Below are positions 28,933 through 39,182 of a stretch of DNA of 64,000 bases, piece by piece; the stretch's first letter is position 1, and each line of letters opens with the position of its first letter. A program made the position numbers and the translations under genes. The DNA is from Armatimonadota bacterium. Its GTDB lineage: Bacteria > Armatimonadota > Fimbriimonadia > Fimbriimonadales > GBS-DC. The stretch covers positions 64,001 through 128,000 of the forward strand of contig JBBIJY010000003.1 in assembly GCA_037445735.1 (NCBI GenBank), written 5' to 3'. The notes below the pieces were generated by a model. The model did no database searches, was not told where the DNA came from, and saw only the letters and a program-made list of their open reading frames with translations.

Positions 28933-29547
28933 ATGATTGGCTGGCTGAGTGGGGTTGTGCGGGCGGTTGAGGGCGAGCGGGTGCTGATCGAGGTGCAGGG
29001 TGTCGGCTACGAGCTGCGCCTGCCCGCCGCCCTGCGCGAGCAGCTGCCCCCGCCCGGCGAACCCATCAGCCTCTATGTGCGCACGCTCTTCAACGAAGAG
29101 GAGGGCATCACCCTCTACGGCTTCGCCGACGCCTGGCAACGACGCCTGTTCGACCTGCTCATCACCGTTGGGGGCGTCGGTCCCAAACTCGCGCTGAATC
29201 TCATGAGCGCGACGGAGCCGACCACGCTCGCCCGCGCGATTGCGCTCAGGGACACCCGCATGCTGCGCACGCTGCCGGGCGTCGGCGCCAAGCTCGCCGA
29301 GCGGCTCGTGCTGGAACTCTCCGAAAAGGTCGCTGAACTCGCCTTTGAGGAGCGTATCGAGCGGCTCAAGGCTGCCACACGCGCCGCCACGACCGATCTG
29401 GAGGCGCTTGTTGCGGGGCTGGTTCAGCTTGGATACTCGCGGCGCGACGCCGCAAGCGCGGTTCAATCCGCTTTGCAGGAGAACCCCGACGCCGACGAGC
29501 AGACGCTTATGCGCCTCGCGCTTTTGAAGCTGGCTCCGAAACGGTAG
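28933..29547 (+). CDS. ruvA: Holliday junction branch migration protein RuvA
   Basis: MIGWLSG, VQGVGYE, LYGF, VGGVGPKLAL, PGVGAKLAER, LGYS. Confidence 0.94.
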   Translation: MIGWLSGVVRAVEGERVLIEVQGVGYELRLPAALREQLPPPGEPISLYVRTLFNEEEGITLYGFADAWQRRLFDLLITVGGVGPKLALNLMSATEPTTLARAIALRDTRMLRTLPGVGAKLAERLVLELSEKVAELAFEERIERLKAATRAATTDLEALVAGLVQLGYSRRDAASAVQSALQENPDADEQTLMRLALLKLAPKR

Positions 29548-31909
29548 GCGCCGTCGGGCGCAGCCACCGCCAGAGCCGCCGACGCGGACGCCACCGACAC
29601 GGCTGCACCATCGGCAACGGCTGCGCATACAGTCGCGCCAGCGCGAACTTCGCATCCCGCGCCCGCCGAACCGCCGCCAGCAGACCGCCCACCAGCGCCA
29701 GCGGCGGACCCAACCACACCAGTATCGTGAACGGCTTGTAATAGACCTCCAGCGGGATCACCCAGCGCGGCACGGTCTCCGGTCTGCCCGGCACCATCAG
29801 CAGTCGGAACTCCACCAGCCGCTGATTCACATCCATCTCGCCAATCACCACAATCGCGCCGTCGGGCAAAGTCGCAGGGATCGGAACCACCCCACCCTGC
29901 GCGATGAGCCGAAACGGCTCCACCTGCACAGGCTGCTTCCAGCCCCTCTTCTGAACCTGCAACTGCGCGATGGCACGGAAGCCCTCCTGACCCATCGCCG
30001 CGCCGTCCGCTCGCAAATCCACAAAGCGCAGCGTGTAATCGCCGACCTGAATCCGCTCGCCCTCATGCAGGCGGGCAATCAGCGGGCTGGCGTCCACCTG
30101 CGGCGGCGCAAAAAACGACACATACAGATCGTGATCCCACCAGCGGCGAATCCAGGGCCACACCACGCTGTTGTTCTCGGCGCGGCGCCGATCCAGATAG
30201 AAGCGCGGCTCGGCGATGAACTTCTCGCCATGGCGCGCGACCTCAACCCGCACCCGATTGAACTTATCGAAGCGCGGGTCGCCGAACCGCTCCGAATCGC
30301 CCGTCATGCCCAGATAGCGCCAGCGATAGCCGAACGCCAGCATGTCCTGACCCTGCATAATCACCACCTGCTGCTTGCCCTCGTAGGCGTTGGACAGGAT
30401 CAGCCCGATGACGCCGATTGCCAGCCCCGCGTGGGTCAGGAAGCCGCCCACCGTAACGCGCGACGCCCGCACCCGCCGCCAGATCGCGCCCAGATTGGAA
30501 TAGAAAGCAAAGCTGAGCAGCACCACAATAAAGAGCGTCAGCGGCTCCCGAAAGCCCAGAAAGTACAGCCCGAAGCCCGTCGCAACCGCCAGCAACCAGC
30601 TTCTGGTCAGCCGCTGCAGAATATCATCAAGGCTCATCCCCGACCAGCGCAACATCGGCGCCGCCGCCAGCACAATCGCCGCCAGCACCACCCACGGCGC
30701 ATGCATCTGATTGTAAAAGCCCGGCTTCAGCGAGACCGGCTCCCCGCGAAAGAGCCTGGCAATCAGCGGGTACGAAGTGCCCACCAGACTGATAAGCGCG
30801 GACAGGATGAGCAGCGTGATGCCCCAGCGCACGGCAGCCTCGCGCGAGAAGCCGCGCACTTTAACTGCCGACGGCGGCGCGGGCATCTGCCGATACCGCC
30901 AGCCCCATAACCCCAGCGTGAGCAGCAGCCCGCCCCCCAGCATCACTATCAGAATGCTCAGCGCGCTCTTCGCCAGCGCGTCGAACGAGTGCACCGACAC
31001 CTCCGCCAGCACCCCACTGCGCGTCAGAAAAGTGCCGTACACAAACAGCAGGAACGGAATCGCGCACAGCAGCGGGTTCCAGCGCACCATCCGCCCGCGA
31101 TTGATCTGCAGCATTAGCCCGTGAACTGCTGCCGCCATAAACAGCCACGGGAAGTAGGAGGTGTTCTCCACAGGGTCCCATGCCCAGAAGCCGCCCCAGC
31201 CGAGCGTCTCATACGCCCAGTAGCCGCCCAGCGCCAGTCCGAAGCCCAGTATCGTCGCCGCGTAAATCGCCCACGGACGCACCCGAATCGCCCACTCCTC
31301 ATATTCATTCCGCCAGAGCGCCGATAGCGCGTAGGCGAACGGCACCGCTAATGCCGCGAAGCCCGCAAAAATAATCGGCGGGTGAATCGTCATCCAGATG
31401 TTCTCCAGAGAGGCGTTCAGCCCGATGCCATCGCGCGGCGGGAAGTTCGCTCGCAAAAAGGGCGCGTCCTCTGGCGGGGGCGGCAACGGCGCGAACGGAC
31501 TCTGATACGCCAGAATGCCCATCAGGCACAGCACCAGCGCCGAGTAGACGGTCATCACCCGGCGTTCATAGCCGCCCGCCGTGCGCATCAGCAGCAGCCC
31601 GTACAGCCCTGTCCAGATTGCCCACAGCAGGAAACTGCCCTCCTGACCCGCCCACGCGCCCGCTATCTTGTACCAGAGCGGCAGCGACCGCTCGCTGAAA
31701 TTGAACACATATTGCAAATCGTAGCGCCCCGTGATGAGCGCGTACTGCAGAACCGCCTCCGTCGCCAGAATGAAAACGAAGGCGAACCCGAACGCCCACC
31801 GCGCCCACCGAAGGGAACCCCCACCCCGCCGAACGCTGATTGCATAGAGCACGGTCGCGGCGAAAGCAAACAGCGCGCCCAGCCAGACCACCATATAGCC
31901 CGTCAGCAA
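29507..31909 (-). CDS. ccmF: Cytochrome c biogenesis heme lyase CcmF
   Basis: WAGQEGS, IHPP, WAYETLGWGGFWAWDPVEN, LTRSG...SVHSF. Confidence 0.92.
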   Translation of the reverse strand: MLTGYMVVWLGALFAFAATVLYAISVRRGGGSLRWARWAFGFAFVFILATEAVLQYALITGRYDLQYVFNFSERSLPLWYKIAGAWAGQEGSFLLWAIWTGLYGLLLMRTAGGYERRVMTVYSALVLCLMGILAYQSPFAPLPPPPEDAPFLRANFPPRDGIGLNASLENIWMTIHPPIIFAGFAALAVPFAYALSALWRNEYEEWAIRVRPWAIYAATILGFGLALGGYWAYETLGWGGFWAWDPVENTSYFPWLFMAAAVHGLMLQINRGRMVRWNPLLCAIPFLLFVYGTFLTRSGVLAEVSVHSFDALAKSALSILIVMLGGGLLLTLGLWGWRYRQMPAPPSAVKVRGFSREAAVRWGITLLILSALISLVGTSYPLIARLFRGEPVSLKPGFYNQMHAPWVVLAAIVLAAAPMLRWSGMSLDDILQRLTRSWLLAVATGFGLYFLGFREPLTLFIVVLLSFAFYSNLGAIWRRVRASRVTVGGFLTHAGLAIGVIGLILSNAYEGKQQVVIMQGQDMLAFGYRWRYLGMTGDSERFGDPRFDKFNRVRVEVARHGEKFIAEPRFYLDRRRAENNSVVWPWIRRWWDHDLYVSFFAPPQVDASPLIARLHEGERIQVGDYTLRFVDLRADGAAMGQEGFRAIAQLQVQKRGWKQPVQVEPFRLIAQGGVVPIPATLPDGAIVVIGEMDVNQRLVEFRLLMVPGRPETVPRWVIPLEVYYKPFTILVWLGPPLALVGGLLAAVRRARDAKFALARLYAQPLPMVQPCRWRPRRRLWRWLRPTAPTVSEPASKARGA

Positions 31910-31915
31910 CGCCGT

Positions 31916-32293
31916 TCACCTCCGTGCCGACCGCTGCTCGCCCTGATACTTGCTGGGACACTTGACCAGCATCTCGCGAGCCTCAAACACGCCATTTTTA
32001 TAATCGCCAATCACCACCACCTGTGTCGCCGCCTCAAAATTGTTCGGCTTGCCCTTCGGATAGACCACCCGCAGCACGCCCGTCTCATCTTTGCCCTCAA
32101 AGGTGAGCGTCATCGTCTTAATATCGAACCGAATGCTCTCTTTGATGGGTGTGAGCGCGACATGCACATTGCGGGGGTGGCTCTCCAGATCGCGAACCTT
32201 CACATAGGGGCTGGTGTTCTCCACAAAGGCGCGCACGGTGAACACAAGCCCCACCACAATCAAAGCCAGAATCAGCAGATTGCTCCATCTCAT
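31916..32293 (-). CDS. ccmE: Heme chaperone CcmE (CxxxY type)
   Basis: N-terminal TM, KPNNF, LVKCPSKY. Confidence 0.85.
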   Translation of the reverse strand: MRWSNLLILALIVVGLVFTVRAFVENTSPYVKVRDLESHPRNVHVALTPIKESIRFDIKTMTLTFEGKDETGVLRVVYPKGKPNNFEAATQVVVIGDYKNGVFEAREMLVKCPSKYQGEQRSARR

Positions 32294-32321
32294 CGCTGTT
32301 CCCTATTCCAGTATACCCGCC

Positions 32322-33797
32322 CTACAGCATGCTCACGAAGCGTTCCGTCTCGCGCGTGTAGGTGCTGAACGGGTCACGCATATCGACCTGACGGTTGCGG
32401 TCGACATACACAATATCCCAGTCGATGTAGTAGCGGTTGTAGCGTCGTTCGGCGAGGCGCTTGATGATGTAGCCGCGCGCGGCGGCACGGGTGTTCTGCG
32501 GCGGCGTGGTGGTGGCAGCTTCAATCTGCACATCGTCCACCAGCCGCTTCACCTCGCCCATCTGTTGCAGCGCGTAATACAGCCCCTGATCCGGGTGAAT
32601 GTTGTGATATTCCAGATCAATCGAGTGGAGCGCGTCGTCGCCCCACTGCGCGCCCGTCTCCTCCATATAGGTGCGCAGCACCTTCAGCTTGATCAGCCAG
32701 TCGATACGGTCTTCCAGCTTTTCGGGGTCGGTTTCAAGCATATCCAGCACATACTCCCACTCCTGCAGCACCCAGTCGGTTTCGGGGTCGCGCCCTGCGA
32801 ATCGGCGTTGCGCCAGCTGCAGGTAGATGCGCTGGAGGTCGATCGCGCTGATGGTGCTGCCGTCGAGCATCTGCACAATCCATTTGCGGGTGGGGTCGCG
32901 CGAGACGCTTTTGAGCGTGTGCAGGGCGTCCTGCAGGCGTAGCCAGTTCGGCAACGCGCGCGCCTCCGCCAGGTCCAGCACGAGGCAGGTTGTGCCCAGC
33001 TTGAGCGCCATCGCATACTCGCTCATATTGCCCTCGCCGAACAGCAGGTGCAGACGCTGATAGTTCTGGTAGCCGTACACGCTGTCCCACTTCGGATTGA
33101 TAATCGCGCGATTGAATCGCACGCGGGAGGCGTTCTCACGCACAATATGGTCGGCTCGCTGCGAGAGCTGATAGGTCACCGTCGGGTCCGGCTCCACATT
33201 GTACACATTGGAGACCCAGATGAAGTCGATGGGGTGGTCTGCCATCTCGGAGAGGGAGGGTCGGAAGCCGGCGTGTTCGAGCCGGTGCCCGCCCACGCGC
33301 CCTGCGCCCGCAAAAATCTGCCGCGTGGTCAGAAACGGCAGCACCGTCTTGTGCCAGTCGGAGGGCAGGCGGTCATCGGTGCGAATCAGATAGTTTTCGT
33401 GGCAGCCGAAGGTGTGCCCCGCAAAGTGGTCGATATTGTTGTTATGGAAGCTGACGCGCTCTTCCCAGCCCAGCCCGCGCAGGATGTCGACAACGATGCG
33501 CTGACCCGCTTTTTCGTGGCGCACGAGGTCGAACAGGCTGGCGCATTCGGGCGTGGCGTACTCTAAGTGGCTGCCGACGGCATCGATGTAGAGCCGCCCG
33601 CCATTAATGAGGAACCCGCCGCTGCGGGCAGGCTCGAACGCTTCATCGCGCGCCGTGAGGTCAATCAAGCCGAGTTTCGCCTTGTGAAAGGCGTAGTTTT
33701 TGACGGCTTCCACCACCGTCTCGGAGGTGCCGATGCGCTCGTCGCGCACGAAGCAGCCGAACTCTGTCTCTATCCCAAAGATACGGCGACCGATCAT
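32322..33797 (-). CDS. pafA: Pup/UBact-protein ligase (PafA family)
   Basis: RIFGIETEFG, NGGRLYID, HLEYATPEC, FGCHENY, SQRADHI, RLHLLFGEGN, DLEYH. Confidence 0.88.
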   Translation of the reverse strand: MIGRRIFGIETEFGCFVRDERIGTSETVVEAVKNYAFHKAKLGLIDLTARDEAFEPARSGGFLINGGRLYIDAVGSHLEYATPECASLFDLVRHEKAGQRIVVDILRGLGWEERVSFHNNNIDHFAGHTFGCHENYLIRTDDRLPSDWHKTVLPFLTTRQIFAGAGRVGGHRLEHAGFRPSLSEMADHPIDFIWVSNVYNVEPDPTVTYQLSQRADHIVRENASRVRFNRAIINPKWDSVYGYQNYQRLHLLFGEGNMSEYAMALKLGTTCLVLDLAEARALPNWLRLQDALHTLKSVSRDPTRKWIVQMLDGSTISAIDLQRIYLQLAQRRFAGRDPETDWVLQEWEYVLDMLETDPEKLEDRIDWLIKLKVLRTYMEETGAQWGDDALHSIDLEYHNIHPDQGLYYALQQMGEVKRLVDDVQIEAATTTPPQNTRAAARGYIIKRLAERRYNRYYIDWDIVYVDRNRQVDMRDPFSTYTRETERFVSML

Positions 33798-33852
33798 TGT
33801 TGTTCACCCCTGCTCCATCGCGCCTGAACCCCTTGTCCCCAGCCTCTCTAAA

Positions 33853-34605
33853 TTATAGACGACGCAGGTAGCCCTGCAGCTGTTCCGCAGGCACGATTCG
33901 GAACCGATTCTCGCGCAGGGTCTGGCGTTCCAGAATGCCCACCTCCAGCTGGGCGTCCTGCAGTTCCTCGCGCAGGCGGTCGCGTGCCTGCGATTCGCCA
34001 ATCTGTTCCGCCTCTTCCTGGCTGGCTGCCTCCTTTGCGATGCCCCACGCCATCAGTGCGATGGGGATTGCCTTCTCGAAGGTGGGCGTGCTGGCAAGCG
34101 ACTCGCGAAGATAATCGCTCGTTAGTTCCTCCGCATGGCTTGTGCCAGCGAGGGCGGCGAACCGCTCCGACGGCATGAACTCGCCATCGTAGTTGAGGAT
34201 ATAGAACAGGTCGCTGTCGGGTGTGGTGTGCAGCTCGGCGAACAGGGCGCGCACCACAAACGGTGTGGTGAGCGGGTCGCCGAATGCCTTCTTGAGCGCG
34301 GGACTGAGCGCGAAGCCCACCACCCGCTGCACCGTTACATCATCAGGGCTGCGCACGAAGCCCTCCTGATGCGCAAAATCGATCGCCGCCAGCCGCAACG
34401 ACTCCACATCCGACTGATTGCCCATCGCCGAGAACATCAGGCGGTCATAAATCTCGAACACCTTGCGCCCGCGTCGGCGCGTGGTCAGCAGCAGGATGCC
34501 GTTATCGTAGCTGATGCCAATCACGGGGCTGCCCGCCTGCAAGCGATTGCGAATATACTGGGCGCGTTGCTGAATGTTCTCCTGAAAGTCGTAGGGTGTG
34601 AGCAT
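33853..34605 (-). CDS. prcA: 20S proteasome alpha subunit
   Basis: MLTPYD..., KVFEIYDR, GNQSDVESLR, follows the beta subunit. Confidence 0.88.
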   Translation of the reverse strand: MLTPYDFQENIQQRAQYIRNRLQAGSPVIGISYDNGILLLTTRRRGRKVFEIYDRLMFSAMGNQSDVESLRLAAIDFAHQEGFVRSPDDVTVQRVVGFALSPALKKAFGDPLTTPFVVRALFAELHTTPDSDLFYILNYDGEFMPSERFAALAGTSHAEELTSDYLRESLASTPTFEKAIPIALMAWGIAKEAASQEEAEQIGESQARDRLREELQDAQLEVGILERQTLRENRFRIVPAEQLQGYLRRL

Positions 34606-34607
34606 CG

Positions 34608-35438
34608 TTAGCCTCCGCGCAGGGAGTTCACAAGGTCTTTAAGCGTCGCTTCGGGCACTTCGAACACGCCCTCACGGTTCACATAGCGGGCGGTGGGCAG
34701 CACTTTGTCGATGCCGCCCGTCGCGGCGTCCAGATCCGCCGCGATATCGAGCAGCAGCAGCGCCTCCTGCAGCACCTCCTCCAGCGGGCGCTCGCTGAAG
34801 GCGCCTTTGGTGCGGGCGATATAGTCGAACACGCCGCGAATGCGTTCCGCGCCGGAGCCTGCCGCGCCGAAGTCGGGCGTTTCGAAGCGGGCACCGCTCG
34901 CATCAAAGAAGAAGATGCGTCCCGCGTCCTGATCAGGGTCATACGCGCTCAAAATGGGGATGAACAGCCCGATCCCGCTGAGCGCGTTCGGCAGGTTGGA
35001 CGCCAGCACGCGACTCACCTCCTGCAGTTTGCCGTCGAGGCTCATCGGCTGCAGCTGGCTGCGAGCGTAATATTTGAAGGCGTGGCGCAGGTAACGCACC
35101 ACCTCCATCGCCCGCCCGTATGCGCCCGCAATCGCAATCAGCGTCGAGTCATCGAGCGGGATAATCTTATCGGCGCGGTCGTACATCACGGCGTTCGCAG
35201 CGGTGGCACGGCGGTCGCCCACATTCAGCACGCCGCCTTTGAACTTCACCGCAATCACGGTGGTGCCGTGAATCTCCAGCAGGGTCGGTGTGGACGCGAC
35301 GGGCGTCTCGGTCATGGACGGGCTGACGGCGCGAGCAGTATCGGCGCTCGCGAACAGGGGGAGCGTCATCCCCGTCTGCGCCTGCCACTCTTTCAGCAGG
35401 CTCGCAAAATCGCCCTGATGCGCTCCCATGCTACTCAC
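34608..35438 (-). CDS. prcB: 20S proteasome beta subunit
   Basis: Propeptide, then HG|TTVIA (catalytic Thr), GDRRAT, GSG, DAATGG. Confidence 0.9.
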   Translation of the reverse strand: MSSMGAHQGDFASLLKEWQAQTGMTLPLFASADTARAVSPSMTETPVASTPTLLEIHGTTVIAVKFKGGVLNVGDRRATAANAVMYDRADKIIPLDDSTLIAIAGAYGRAMEVVRYLRHAFKYYARSQLQPMSLDGKLQEVSRVLASNLPNALSGIGLFIPILSAYDPDQDAGRIFFFDASGARFETPDFGAAGSGAERIRGVFDYIARTKGAFSERPLEEVLQEALLLLDIAADLDAATGGIDKVLPTARYVNREGVFEVPEATLKDLVNSLRGG

Positions 35439-35619
35439 CGCTGCGCTGACGATAGCGGCGCGCCTGTTCAGGATCGATGCGCCGCATGCGCTTCAGCAGC
35501 TCGTTCGTTTCGGGTCGACGCACATCGGGGCGTGAGGGACCATCCCCATCGCCCCCCGGTTTGGTCAGCGGCTCCTGGGGAATCGGGCGCCGCAATCGCT
35601 CTTCCGCTTGCCAGATCAT
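35431..35619 (-). CDS. ubact: Ubiquitin-like protein UBact
   Basis: 62-aa disordered protein ending ARRYRQRSGE (R[S/T]G[E/Q]), located between dop and prcB. Confidence 0.88.
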   Translation of the reverse strand: MIWQAEERLRRPIPQEPLTKPGGDGDGPSRPDVRRPETNELLKRMRRIDPEQARRYRQRSGE

Positions 35620-37118
35620 GATGATTGAACCTCCTTGACCATCCTGACGAAGGTCGTGATATCGGGAGCCGTCGTCAGACGGCGGCTCAGCTCGCGCAGG
35701 TCTATCTCAATCAATCGGCTCAGATCGAGCCGTGCGCTCTGGTTGCCATCCCGCAACAGGATCCGCTCCCAGTTGAGCGTTTCGATCTGCTCCGCAAATC
35801 GCTGAATGCACAGCCCGCGAATGGCGGCGCGGGTGTCCATCGGCGGCTGATGCACCGCCTGCTCAATCGCCTCCGCGCTCACCAGCGTGCGCATCTGACC
35901 CTGCTCCACCAGCGCGTAATAGAGACCCTGTTCGGGGTCTACATTATGATACTCCAGATCGAGGGCGAAAAGTGCCGGGTCGTCCCACGAAAGCCCCTCC
36001 GATTCCACATAGAGGGTCAACAGCTGCCGCTTGGCAACCCAGTCGAGTCGGTCGGCGAGCTGTTCCGGGTCCGTTTCCAGAAGGTCCAGCACGATTTGCC
36101 ATTCGCGCAGCAGCCAGTCGGTCTCGGCGTCGCGCCCCGCGAATCGCTCGCTCGCCGCCTGCCAGTAGGCACGCTGGAGATCGATGGCACTCATGGCGCC
36201 CATATCGGTCTCCACCAGCCATTTGAGGTCGGTGTCGCGGGAGAGGCGTTGCGCCTCGCGCACAGGGTTCGGAATGGAGAGCGGGGTGAGCCAGCCCGAT
36301 TCGGTCAAATCCAGCACGAGCGCGGTTGTGCCCACCTTGAGCGCGGTGGCATACTCGCTCATGTTCGCATCGCCACAAATCACATGCAGGCGTCGGTAGC
36401 GGCGAATCGGCGCGTGCGGCTCGTCCCGCGTGTTGAAGATGGGGCGCCGATAGAGCGTCTCCACATTCATAATGTCCATGTAGAAGTCGGCACGCTGCGA
36501 GAGCTGGAACGGCACGCGCGGGTTCGGCTCCACCTCGACACCCACCTTGCCCGCGCCCGCGTAGAGCATGCGCGTCACCAGAAACGGGAGCATGTTCGCC
36601 ACCAGCACCTCGAACGGCACCTCGCGCGTCGTTGAGTAGCTCTCGTGGCAGCCGTAGCTGCTGCCGTGATGGTCGCTGTTGTTCTTGTAGAGGGTCAGGC
36701 GGTTGCCCGTCTGGCGTTCGTAGGCGCGGGCGCATGCGAGCACGATGCGCTCGCCCGCTTTATCGTGAGCGATTAAATCCAGCAGGCGCCGGCATTCAGG
36801 GGTGGCGTATTCGGGGTGCGCATGGTCATTATAGAGCCGTGCGCCGTTGCCCAGCGCGTGGTCGGAGCGCACCTCACGCTCCGAAAGCGGCACGGGATGC
36901 TCGCGTTCAATCTGCGCATCGTGGGGGTCCACTTCCAGATGCTCCACGCGGAAGCCGCGCATATCGCGGCGAGGGTCTTCCAGGCGATAGTCCCAGCTTC
37001 GCACGGCGGGCAGAGGGCAACTGCGCACCACGCCAACCGCCTCCATTAGCTGGTCTGCGACCCCTCGACCCTCCACATATAAGCCGTACTCGGTCTCAAT
37101 ACCCGTCAGGCGTTGCAC
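35616..37118 (-). CDS. dop: Dop-family deamidase/depupylase
   Basis: GIETEYG, WDYRLEDPRRDMRGF, NGARLYNDHAHPEYATPEC, RPIFNTRDEPHA, RLHVICGDANM. GTG start at 37118. Confidence 0.88.
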   Translation of the reverse strand: MQRLTGIETEYGLYVEGRGVADQLMEAVGVVRSCPLPAVRSWDYRLEDPRRDMRGFRVEHLEVDPHDAQIEREHPVPLSEREVRSDHALGNGARLYNDHAHPEYATPECRRLLDLIAHDKAGERIVLACARAYERQTGNRLTLYKNNSDHHGSSYGCHESYSTTREVPFEVLVANMLPFLVTRMLYAGAGKVGVEVEPNPRVPFQLSQRADFYMDIMNVETLYRRPIFNTRDEPHAPIRRYRRLHVICGDANMSEYATALKVGTTALVLDLTESGWLTPLSIPNPVREAQRLSRDTDLKWLVETDMGAMSAIDLQRAYWQAASERFAGRDAETDWLLREWQIVLDLLETDPEQLADRLDWVAKRQLLTLYVESEGLSWDDPALFALDLEYHNVDPEQGLYYALVEQGQMRTLVSAEAIEQAVHQPPMDTRAAIRGLCIQRFAEQIETLNWERILLRDGNQSARLDLSRLIEIDLRELSRRLTTAPDITTFVRMVKEVQSS

Positions 37119-37253
37119 GGGGTTATTATACCCCGAAAGGGCGCGGGAACCGCACCTGTACGCGGGCGTTTTGCTGGGGCGGGACACCCATACCACCGCG
37201 TTGCCCAGAGCTGATTAGACTCCCTCTGCGGGTATACTTCAGCGTCGAAATCG

Positions 37254-39176
37254 ATGCTGGGTCGTGTCTGGCGGTTGCTGATCGGTCAGCCGTTATCGAC
37301 GCGCCGCGCGCGTCATGAGCGGCTCCCTGTGTGGCTGGCGCTGCCGGTGTTTGCTGCCGACGCACTTTCTTCATCCGCTTACGGTCCCGAAGAGATGGTG
37401 ATGGTGCTATGGGCGGCGGGCGAAGCGGGGCTGAAACTCACATTTCCGATTGGAATCGCGGTGGTCATCCTGCTGTTCATCGTCGCCATCTCCTATCGCC
37501 AGACGGTGTACGCCTACCCCCATGGGGGCGGCGCCTTCACCGTCGCGCGAGAGAACCTGGGCGAGTTCTGGGGCTTGCTGGCAGCAGCGGCGTTGCTGGT
37601 GGGCTATGTGCTGACCGTCGCGGTCAGCATCGCTGCCGCAGTGAACGCGATTGTGTCCGCCGTGCCTGCCCTGCTGCCCTATCGCGTGCTGTTGAACCTG
37701 CTGTTTATTGCCTTCATGACGCTGGTAAACCTGCGAGGCGTGCGGGAATCGGGCTATGTGTTCGCTCCACCGACCTACGGCTTCGTGCTGATCTTCGCGA
37801 TGCTGATTCTGGTCGGCTTCTGGCGCGGTTTTGCTGGCGATGTGGAGCCGGCGCCCTATCCGCCCTATTTCGGGCAAACGGTACCCCTGAGCTTTGCGCT
37901 GATCGCGCTCGCGTTCGCGCGCGGCTGTGCCACCCTCACTGGCGTGGAAGCAATCTCTAACGGCGTGCCCGCCTTTAAAGCACCCGAATCGCGCAACGCG
38001 GCTAACACCCTGATGCTCATGGCATGCATGCTGTCGGGGCTGGTGCTGGGCATTACCTACCTCGCGACGCACCTGCACCTCACACCGCGCGTGGAGAACG
38101 GCGAAATCGTGGAGACCCTCACCTCACGACTGGCGCGCACCGTGCTGGAGGGAACGCCGTTCGAGTGGTTTTATTATGTCGTGCAGATTGCCACGACCGC
38201 TATCCTGGTGCTGGCAGCCAACACGGCCTACGCCGACTTCCCACGCCTGAGCTCGATTCTGGCTAACACCCGCTACGCCCCGCGCCAGTTAGCCAATCTG
38301 GGCGACCGACTGGTCTTCAATAACGGCATCCTGCTGCTGGGCATCGTGTCCGCCCTGCTGATTATCTACTTTCGGGGCGATACGCACTCGCTGATCCCGC
38401 TCTACGCGGTGGGTGTGTTTGTTTCGTTCACCCTTTCCCAGGCGGGCATGGCACGGCGCTTCATGCGGACGCGCCCGCCTGGCTGGCAGGGGCGCATGCT
38501 GATCAACGCCGTCGGCGCCATCGTCACAGGGCTGGTCTCGCTCATCCAGTTGACCGTCAACTTCCGTTACGGTGCATGGATGAGCATCGTCGCCATTGGT
38601 GGTCTCATCTATCTGATGTACAAAGTGCATGAGCATTACATGCAGCTGCGGGTTCAGCTACGCCCCGATGAGCCGACGCCTGCATCGGGGGTGCGCCGCC
38701 ATCGCGTGCTGGTGCTGGTGCCCAGCGTGCACCGGGGCGTGCTGCAGGCGCTCGATTATGCCCGCCAGATTGCTCCACCCGACCAGATCGAAGCCCTGCA
38801 TGTGAATGTGGACCCGCGCCCGCCCGCCATCTACCGCCGCATCCTGCGCCGCACCAAAAACGATGAAACCACCCTCCAGCTGGTCACCCCCGCCGCCGAA
38901 AAAATGCAGCAGGAATGGCATCGCTATGTGCCCGACATCCCCCTCAAAATCATCGATTCGGAACACCGCTCGCTCGTTGAACCCATCGAGGACTATATCG
39001 ACGAGCTGATCGAACGCGAGCAACTGGATTTGCTGACCGTGATTATCCCGGAGTTCTATCCGAAGCGGTGGTGGCATCACTTATTGCACAATCAGTCGGC
39101 ATGGATGCTGCGCCTTGCCCTGATGCGCAAGCCGAAGGTGGTCGTCACCACCGTGCGCTACTTCCTGGAGCGATAA
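37254..39176 (+). CDS. APC-family permease (YdaO/KimA-like)
   Basis: DALSSSAYGPEE, AYPHGGG, NLRGVRESG, TGVEAISNGVP, ADFPRL, LIPLYAVGVF, cytoplasmic tail ending LLHNQ. Confidence 0.88.
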   Translation: MLGRVWRLLIGQPLSTRRARHERLPVWLALPVFAADALSSSAYGPEEMVMVLWAAGEAGLKLTFPIGIAVVILLFIVAISYRQTVYAYPHGGGAFTVARENLGEFWGLLAAAALLVGYVLTVAVSIAAAVNAIVSAVPALLPYRVLLNLLFIAFMTLVNLRGVRESGYVFAPPTYGFVLIFAMLILVGFWRGFAGDVEPAPYPPYFGQTVPLSFALIALAFARGCATLTGVEAISNGVPAFKAPESRNAANTLMLMACMLSGLVLGITYLATHLHLTPRVENGEIVETLTSRLARTVLEGTPFEWFYYVVQIATTAILVLAANTAYADFPRLSSILANTRYAPRQLANLGDRLVFNNGILLLGIVSALLIIYFRGDTHSLIPLYAVGVFVSFTLSQAGMARRFMRTRPPGWQGRMLINAVGAIVTGLVSLIQLTVNFRYGAWMSIVAIGGLIYLMYKVHEHYMQLRVQLRPDEPTPASGVRRHRVLVLVPSVHRGVLQALDYARQIAPPDQIEALHVNVDPRPPAIYRRILRRTKNDETTLQLVTPAAEKMQQEWHRYVPDIPLKIIDSEHRSLVEPIEDYIDELIEREQLDLLTVIIPEFYPKRWWHHLLHNQSAWMLRLALMRKPKVVVTTVRYFLER

Positions 39177-39182
39177 CCGCCG

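Noticed and set aside
29507-29547. 41-nt convergent overlap of ccmF and ruvA
   Set aside because: Most simply a non-conserved C-terminal run-on of CcmF, with no evidence of function.
37119-37253. c-di-AMP (ydaO) riboswitch before the KimA-like permease
   Set aside because: Short divergent promoter region with no recognisable aptamer. Proximity to cdaAR may be coincidental.
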